Assembly: GCA_002269645.1 (NCBI GenBank)
Contig: NIVC01000269.1
Span: forward strand, 248,001-312,000
Source of the DNA: Macrostomum lignano
Lineage: Eukaryota
Direction: 5' to 3'
Length of the DNA stretch: 64,000 bases
In this document: positions 50,986-64,000 of the stretch, piece by piece
Position numbering within the stretch: the stretch's first letter is position 1
Layout: the number at the start of each line of letters is the position of its first letter
Made by a program: the position numbers and the translations under genes
The notes under the pieces: generated by a model
What the model saw: the letters and a program-made list of their open reading frames with translations, nothing else
Told to the model about the DNA's origin: nothing
The model's database searches: none

Positions 50986-51579
50986 CAAGAGCTTGTACTG
51001 GTTTAAGCCCATTAGTAACTACTGACGGAGAGAAAGTGTCAAGTAGCATTCAATAGACTTTGTGGCTGATTCCTGTTAATGGACTTACGAGCGTATCATT
51101 AAATTCTTAACTGCATACCTATTAAAACACAATAATAATTGTTAAAGTAAAATTAATCGGCTAAATTAATCTCTGCGTCAAAATCCACGTAGTGAACTAT
51201 TGATGATATCATTTTCATTTTTAGTGACAGTAATAATATCACTGTCAATGGTTCGCCACTCGTGACAATTGAGCGTTGTCTTACTCTGAAACCATTAGAC
51301 CATTAGTATTATTGTCTTATTGATCAAACCTACTCATGAAGCCTATGACAATCGTGCACTGCCACATATGTGGTTATGCATGTCTTTTTTTAGAGACATA
51401 AGCGTAATTAAGTGTAAAGAAAATGACATAGGCAGTCTGATCTCATTACCATAGACATACAGATGCTAGATCTTTTTTACCATAGATTTATTCAAATGAT
51501 AGAGCCTAATAGAGTTCAGTAAAAGACTTGAAGACTTGAAAAAGTTTTACAGTAAATAACTGGAACGATTTATTAAGTT

Positions 51580-51890
51580 TATCAGCGACATAAGCAACAA
51601 TGAGGACAACATCGCGGGAGTAGAGCTGTCAGATCTTCCGCTGCCTGAGAATGCGAGCGCCTCGACAGACGGTGCCAGCGTGAGTGTCATTGACAAGATG
51701 AAGTTGAATTCTCTCCCTAGAACTACACGAGATCGAATGCTAAAGCATGCGGAGAAGTTTGCGAGCTACATGAACTCCCTGGGCTATCCTCTGGATGTTC
51801 TACGAACGGTGGAGCTGGAGAAGCTTAACGAGCACCTACGTCTTTACTATTTTCGGTTGGCCAAGCCCAATGGCGAACTGTATCGTGAAC
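51580..51890 (+). mobile_element. Crypton-type tyrosine recombinase (DUF3504/ZMYM-KCTD1-like) N-terminal fragment
   Basis: NSLPRTTRDRMLKHAEKFASYM..ELEKLNEHLRLYYFRLAKPNGELY resembles the Crypton/DUF3504-adjacent pattern ELxxxLxxFYxxxRKxxGxxY. Truncated before the catalytic core. Confidence 0.6.
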
Positions 51891-52235
51891 TACATCTATC
51901 AACTACATCGTGAAGTGTGAAATAAACATCATTGTACTGTTTTACTTGGATTTGTCGCGCTGAAGTTAGAGAGCACTGTAAAGAGTTCGCACTGATTTCG
52001 AGTGCAGCAACGACCTAGGCACGAGTGCGCGGAGTGCGTCGACATCATTGTATCATTTTGGAGGCGTTTTTAGGGGTATAGCAATCGAGCCAGATTGTTG
52101 CATGCTTTGAATGTCTATGGCCGAAGCCAACGTCTGAGCTAACTACTTAATGCTATATTTAGCATTACCTCGCTGACCTCGCTTGGCTTGGCTTGGCCCG
52201 TCTCTTCACTGCTCTAAACTGCCCAGATCTTTGGG

Positions 52236-52320
52236 CCATAGACACATTTGGAGCGTGCAACATTGAAGTATTGTTGCACGCTCAGACTACTTTATTGTTG
52301 CACGCTCCAAATGTCTATGG
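52236..52320. mobile_element. 85 bp palindromic mini-element (CCATAGAC..ATTTGGAGCGTGCAACA / TGTTGCACGCTCCAAATGTCTATGG)
   Basis: Near-perfect inverted arms. No TSD found. Confidence 0.6.
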
Positions 52321-52499
52321 GTAATAGGCGCCCAAAATAATGCAATGAAATAAATAAATCAGACCATTAGTCTATGGTCCAAGCATGTTGAACGTGTGAC
52401 AATCAGAAGCATTGCCAGTAGGATTTGTCTATGTGACAATTGCTTCATCTAGCATTCGTATAGAAATGAAATACTTTGTAATAACCAATTTTTGTAACT

Positions 52500-52772
<273 letters not shown>

Positions 52773-53189
52773 CATTTCAGTACACATTTCTCAGTAAGAA
52801 TGTTGTCCAACAAGCTAGTAACTGATAGTCGATCTTACTAAATTTAAATGCACAGCGTTGCAGTATTTTTGTAGCATTTCTTCATATTTCATTAGATATG
52901 CAAAAGATATTTCTCGGTACAGAGCAGCGTGTGTGTTTTTTACGAGCGCAAGTTCTCGCAGAAGACGCACAGTTGCACACTGCTTCATTACGAAGTCTGG
53001 ATGGTCCTAAGGGATTAATACACTATACCTCTTTTCTCCTTGCACTTTTTTTGTGGCGATATGCTTTCCCACGCTTTCCTGATCGGTTATTGTGTTCACG
53101 CGTTGATACTAAATTTGGAAGGCAACGAACCGAAGCATAGAAGTGGCCCCTCTATCCCCTCTCCCTCTCTCCCACTCTCTCCCATGTAT

Positions 53190-54294
53190 CTCTCCCTGTC
53201 TCCCCTGTATCTCTCCCTATCTCCCCTGCATCTCTCCCTCTCTCTCCTCTCCCTCTCTCCCCTGCATCTCTCCCTCTCTCTCCTCTCCCTCTCTCCCCTG
53301 CATCTCTCCCTCTCTCTCCTCTCCCTCTCTCCCCTGCATCTCTCCCTCTCTCTCCTCTCCCTCTCTCCCTGCATCTCTCCCTCTCTCTCCTCTCCCTCTC
53401 TCCCCTGCATCTCTCCCTCTCTCTCCTCTCCCTCTCTCCCCTGCATCTCTCCCTCTCTCTCCTCTCCCTCTCTCCCCTGCATCTCTCCCTCTCTCCCTCT
53501 CTCCCTCTCGCACTCTCTTCCTCTCTCCCTCTCTTCCTCTCTCCCTCCTCTCCCTCTCTCACTCTGTCTCTTCGGTCGAAACTGAGATGCGCAGAGTTCC
53601 TGAAGGACGTTATAAATTATCTTTATAATCGAAGCAATAAAACCGCCTCCGGAATGAATTTACTCGCTTCATCCTATGCAGTTTCTATCCCGCAGATCCA
53701 AGTTGTAAAATCATCAAAAGCATGCGAAATCAAGGAATCTGTTCCGGCGCAGCAACGGAGAGTGAGAGTAAGACGGAGAAGGAAAGGATGAATGAGAGTG
53801 AGAGTGAAAGGGGAGAGACGGGGAGAGAGGGGTGGACGTCCTATCCCAAAAGCGCTACGCGGTAAAAGTACAGAGTACCAAAAATTCGCTAAAATGTGTT
53901 TCCAAATATTTTAGAATACGAAGGCTTCCTTAAGGCAAGAAAAACAGAAGAAGCAAGTGAGAGGGGTGAGAGTGATAGTGAGAGTGAGAGGGGGTGAGAG
54001 TGAGAGGGGAGTGAGAGTGAGAGGGAGAGTGAAAGTGAGAGGGGAGTATAAGTAAGAGTGAAAGAGTGAGAGTGAGAGGGAGAGTAAGAGCGAGAAGGAG
54101 AGTGAGAGTGAGAGGGAGAGTGAGAGCGAGAAGGAGAGTGAGAGGGAGAGGGGAGAGTGAGAGCGAGAAGGATAGTGAGAGTGAGAGGGAGAGTGAGAGC
54201 GAGAAGGAGAGTGAGAGTGAGAGGGAGAGTGAGATTGAGAGTGATAGTGCGAGTGAGAGTGAGAAGGAGAGTGAGAAGGGTAGTGAGAATGGGA

Positions 54295-54327
<33 letters not shown>

Positions 54328-54345
54328 CTGTAAGAGATTGAGTGA
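53190..54345. repeat. 36 bp CT-rich repeat (53190-53560) and GA-rich (GAGAGT)n tract (53960-54345)
   Basis: Direct reading. Confidence 0.9.
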
Positions 54346-54654
54346 GAGCTAGAAAAGCAGATACTGTGGGGAGAGGCAGAGAACTGCTCATGGGAGATAT
54401 GAGTAAAGCACTAATTATTTCAACAATAATCGATCATTAATTACTAAGGTATCATGTTTTAATTGAAATCTTGAAATCCGACGCTTTCTGTACTTCTTTT
54501 CTCGACAGCGTAAAGGGATAAAATAGATGAAATGAGTCCAACTGATAGCAAATATTCATTTTTAGGAACTCCAATTGCCTCTTCATCCAAGTTATAAATT
54601 TAATAAAAAGCACTCAAAAATCGTAGCAGATGCAGCAGCCATCTTTTGGGCTTA

Positions 54655-55300
54655 GGGCCATAGACAGTTGCAAATCATCTTGAACTTGAAGCCATAGAGA
54701 GAATTGCAAATCATCTCGGACTTGAAGCCATAGACAGAATTGCAAATCATCTTGGACTTGAAGCCATTGACAGTTGCAAATCATCTCAGACTTGAAGCCA
54801 TAGAGAGAATTGCAAATCATCTCAGACTTGAAGCCATAGACAGAATTGCAAATCATCTTGGACTTGAAGCCATAGACAGTTGCAAATCATCTTGGACTTG
54901 AAGCCATAGACAGAATTGCAAATCATCTTCGACTTGAAGCCATAGACAGTTGCAAATCATCTCGGACTTGAAGCCACAGACAGTTGCAAATCATCTTCGA
55001 CTTGAAGCCATAGACAGTTGCAAATCATCTCAGACTTGAAGCCATAGACAGAATTGCAAATCATCTTGGACTTGAAGCCATAGACAGAATTGCAAATCAT
55101 CTTCGACTTGAAGCCATAGACAGTTGCAAATCATCTCGGACTTGAAGCCACAGACAGTTGCAAATCATCTTGGACTTGAAGCCATAGACAGTTGCAAATC
55201 ATCCTGGACTTGAAGCCACAGACAGTTGCAAATCATCCTGGACTTGAAGCCACAGACAGTTGCAAATCATCTTGGACTTGAAGCCATAGACAGTTGCAAA
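54655..55300. repeat. 34-36 bp minisatellite (GCCATAGACAG(AA)TTGCAAATCATCTTGGACTTGAA)
   Basis: Direct reading. Confidence 0.94.
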
Positions 55301-55361
55301 TCATCCTGGACTAGATAATCAGAGAAAATTGACAGAAATCGACAAGGAGCATTAGCACGAA

Positions 55362-55428
55362 GGAGCTTTAGCACCAAGGGGCGCCTGCACCAAGGGGCGC
55401 CTGCACCAAGGGGCGCCTGCACCAAGCT
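55362..55428 (-). repeat. Short inverted member of the GGCGCCCCTTGGTGC 16 bp family
   Basis: GCTTTAGCACCAAGGGGCGCCTGCACCAAGGGGCGCC. Confidence 0.85.
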
Positions 55429-55964
55429 GCCTCGCACTAACTAAGCTGTATAGGGAGATAAGAAAAGAGGGCGAGCGAGAGAGAAGGAAGCGGAACAGAT
55501 CCGCGAGTCGCAGATCGTCCCACATCCGCAGATGTGTCCTGGATCGTTCCTATGATAGAAGCAAAAGCTTCAGCCCCAGGGAATTGAGGGGGGGGGTAGC
55601 CGGAAACGAGAAGGTAAAACTGGAATACAGTTGGAAGAGGTTAGCAAATATAGTCCAAAGGTTGTAAAAGGAAAATGCGAAAAGCAGAAAGGAATATGCA
55701 ATGTTCAGATTGGGACCTTCACCGTACACGTTTGGGGTGGGTTGGGGGGCTATAAATAGCCAGAGCCGCATCCCAAGAGGATGTGCGCAGAACACGGGCA
55801 CCCCTAGGTAGAAGCGTTGAATTGCATTGAAAAAAATCGAAATTTCATCCTCAAGGTAAGATTGATTAATTCGTTTCATAATGCCATGGTAGCTGGTATC
55901 TTTCTATCAAAGTCAAAATCCTTTTGGATTGGGCTAAGTTATTTAGACGCCGAATATTTCATAA

Positions 55965-57720
55965 TCTGTTCAGATCCCATTCACAGGTGAGTCTATTCAG
56001 ATCCCATTCACATGTGAGTCTATTCAGATCCCATTCACATTTGAATCTATTCAGATCCCATTCACATGTGAATCTATTCAGATCCCATTCACATGTGAGT
56101 CTATTCAGATCCCATTCACATGTGAGTCTATTCAGATCCCATTCACATGTGAATCTATTCTGATCCCATTCACATGTGAATCTATTCAAACACTATTCAC
56201 ATGTGAGTCTATTCAGATCCCATTCACATGTGAGTCTATTCAGATCCCATTCACATGTGAATCTATTCTGATCCTATTCACATGTGAATCTATTCAGACC
56301 CCATTCACATGTGAATCTATTCAGACCCCATTCACATGTGAATCTATTCTGATCCTATTCACATGTGAATCTATTCAGACCCCATTCACATTTGAATCTA
56401 TTCAGATCCCATTTACATGTGAGTCTATTCAGATCCCATTCACATGTGAGTCTATTCAGATCCCATTCACATGTGAGTCTATTCAGATCCCATTCACATG
56501 TGAATCTATTCAGATCCCATTCACATGTGAGTCTATTCAGATCCCATTCACATGTGAGTCTATTCAGATCCCATTCACATGTGAATCTATTCTGATCCCA
56601 TTCACATGTGAATCTATTCAAACACTATTCACATGTGAGTCTATTCAGATCCCATTCACATGTGAGTCTATTCAGATCCCATTCACATGTGAATCTATTC
56701 TGATCCTATTCACATGTGAATCTATTCAGACCCCATTCACATGTGAATCTATTCAGATCCCATTCACATGTGAGTCTATTCAGATCCCATTCACATGTGA
56801 ATCTATTCAGATCCCATTCACATGTGAATCTATTCAGACCCCATTCACATGTGAATCTATTCAGACCCCATTCATATGTGAGTCTATTCTGATCCTATTC
56901 ACATGTGAATCTATTCAGACCCCATTCACATTTGAATCTATTCAGATCCCATTTACATGTGAGTCTATTCAGATCCCATTCACATGTGAGTCTATTCAGA
57001 TCCCATTCACATGTGAGTCTATTCAGATCCCATTCACATGTGAGTCTATTCTGATCCCATTCACATGTGAGTCTATTCAGATCCCATTCACATGTGAATC
57101 TATTCAGATCCCATTCACATGTGAGTCTATTCAGATCCCATTCACATTTGAATCTATTCTGATCCCATTCGCATGTGAATCTATTCAGATCCCATTCACA
57201 TTTGAGTCTATTCATATCCCATTCACATGTGAATCTATTCAAACACTATTCACATGTGAGTCTATTCAGATCCCATTCACATGTGAGTCTATTCTGATCC
57301 CATTCACATGTGAATCTATTCAGACCCCATTCACATGTGAATCTATTCAGATCCCATTCACATGTGTGTCTATTCAGATCCCATTCACATGTGAATCTAT
57401 TCAGATCCCATTCACATGTGAATCTATTCAGACCCCATTCACATGTGAATCTATTCAGACCCCATTCATATGTGAGTCTATTCTGATCCCATTCACATGT
57501 GAATCTATTCAGACCCCATTCACATTTGAATCTATTCAGATCCCATTCACATGTGAGTCTATTCAGATCCCATTCACATGTGAGTCTATTCAGATCCCAT
57601 TCACATGTGAGTCTATTCAGATCTCATTCACATGTGAGTCTATTCTGATCCCATTCACATGTGATTCTATTCTGATCCCATTCACATGTGAATCTATTCA
57701 GCTCCTATTCACACGTGAAT
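55965..57720. repeat. 27 bp minisatellite (ATTCACATGTGA(G/A)TCTATTCAGATCCC), about 65 units
   Basis: Direct reading. Gives the 9-aa period in the RLTCEWDLN ORFs. Confidence 0.96.
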
Positions 57721-58563
57721 CCACTAAAATCCCATTCATCTTTGAATTGAATTCAAACTCTCACAGTACGGTAGCTAGGAGTGATGGAGATTGACAGGTG
57801 AATTTTGACAGTGGCTCAAAAATGCTGAGTATAAGCTAACGGAGGCAGGCAGGGCATCTATCTGCCTTTATTGTCGGTCTCTCTGTACCACCAGTCTCTA
57901 GCCCCCACCCCCTCCCCCGGTGTTGTACCTGAACTTCTCTACTATTGAATTGAAACAGCTCTCTAATACAGAAACGCGCATAGAATCTAGCTGGCATTAT
58001 AACAACAGAGAATGCTTGGAGAGGAAAGGAAGCGAGGTGGGGGTGGGGGCTGAGGGGTGGAGACGGGCCTGCCAGAATGCAAAGAGAGCTCACAGGAATA
58101 GTGGAAAGTCGTGTGCCTTACTGGCTCAGTTGGTGGTTGGTAAGGCCTTGGCCGCTTGAGTAGACTAGGGAATTGACGAAGAGAGAAAAAAGGTAAAGAC
58201 GCCCCCCCCCAGAACCAACCCCAACAGCTCTCGCCCGATCCAGTCTCGGGGGGCCACCTTCGGCTCATTCTCCGAGGGGAGGTGGGTAAGAGGGAAGGAA
58301 AGACAGCGCTGAGCCTGTTTACGAGAGAGCACTCTCGGGCCTCGCGAGGTCACGGGGACCAATCAGGGTTTAATATAGAGACCGAAGGAGGGTGTTGGTT
58401 GGTGTTTCTAGTTTGAGCAGAGGGTAGTACTCTTATTTTTACTTTCTATTATAGCGTCTTACCCGACTCAGAAAATAGGTTCTTTCTCTATGTCTCTTGC
58501 ACGGACAGAATTGTCAGCGGAATAGAACGAAGACAGCGGATTAATGCTGTCGATTGCACTGCT

Positions 58564-63067
<4,504 letters not shown>

Positions 63068-63339
63068 TTCTGTGATCATCATCATACTCAATGTTTTAAT
63101 AGCTATTCGCTGATAATAATCCAAGTGATATCTACATGTAGGTTTAGTATAGGCAGCTTAGCTTAGTTTAGTTTCGACGGTGACAATGGCAAAGGTACGC
63201 GAAGGGCACCGAGTCGAAAAAAATCTAATATATCAAGCGCACTATACGAGAAGATGAAATCGGAGAGACGCAAAGATAGGGGTTGTTGAGCTAGGCGATA
63301 AAGGGGTAGAAATTCAGAGGGGTTGAACATTCACTATGG

Positions 63340-63580
63340 CTGGATTGAGGAGTGATCGATAACTATCAATGAATGTACACTTAGCGTGTCTGGCCTAAGG
63401 AGCGTTCGATAATATAATGAATATGTACATTAAGCGTGTCTGGCCTGAGGAGCGATCGATAATATAATGAATGTAGATTAAGCGTGTCTGGCCCGCGAGG
63501 AGCGATCGATAATATAATGAATGTACAATACTCGTAAGTGTGGCTGGATTGAGGAGCGATCGATAATATTATGAATGAAT
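63340..63580. repeat. ~45 bp degenerate repeat (GCGTGTCTGGCCTGAGGAGCGATCGATAATATAATGAAT)
   Basis: About 5 units. Confidence 0.8.
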
Positions 63581-64000
63581 GTTTACAGCATTATCAATCC
63601 ATATATAGTTATTCTCAAATTGAATGTCTATATACGTTATCTTCCTGTCTCAGATATGTACGCTCGTACACAGCTACTTGAATTATGAAGCATAATTTGA
63701 AGAGATTTTGAAGCGTTACTATTTTGTGGCTTTGGGGAAATGTAGCTATTGCTTATAAAGAAGTCATCGAATTTATATACACTTTGGTTACCATCTCAAA
63801 ACGAACTTTCATTTTTTTATTCTAATGGGCTAAGTATCTAATAATTAACCGCTTAAGCCATTCTTAACTTGTAATTTTATGTAGGAAAAAGTAGTTACTA
63901 AGATTAGAACTGAGTCTTCCTGAAATATTTTCATTGACTTTGCAGTGTCTTCTAGCTGCAGTCTGCTGTAAGATCGAAATGTTTATCACATCAGTGATTT

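Noticed and set aside
57830-58380. GC-rich segments with short inverted repeats (also 26190-26700 and 55450-55880)
   Set aside because: Probably fragments of interspersed repeats, but no ends, TSDs or coding motifs could be defined.

Overview
Eukaryotic (metazoan) genomic DNA with spliceosomal introns and no prokaryotic features. The GC-rich, poly-Ala/Ser/Gln coding style and the (GACA)n, (TTAG)n and minisatellite-filled introns suggest the flatworm Macrostomum or a relative; this is an inference only. Seven protein-coding gene models were assembled by hand from ORFs and phase-consistent GT-AG junctions: (1) a harmonin-homology-domain protein with no PDZ domain (minus strand, 5757-1348); (2) a PALS1/MPP5/stardust-like MAGUK (11383-18957); (3) a two-exon secreted Arg/Lys-rich 161-aa protein (27028-27641); (4) a Nup153-like nucleoporin with five RanBP2 zinc fingers and about 22 tandem PKISFG repeats (minus strand, 34682-29263); (5) an intronless secreted PAN-like plus LamG-like protein (42170-43177); (6) a four-TM MS4A-like protein (48209-50115); (7) an SLC10 transporter (58564-63067). 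Transposon relics include a Ginger1 derivative with TGT..ACA ends, a CCGG TSD and cargo ending in a histone-type stem-loop, a long-TIR Tc1/IS630-like derivative, a MITE with an 8-bp TSD, piggyBac, Merlin, Crypton and LINE-endonuclease fragments, and tRNA-derived SINEs. More than 25 tandem arrays are present. Most short ORFs in the track are translations of repeats. Splice models are unverified predictions and repeat boundaries are approximate.
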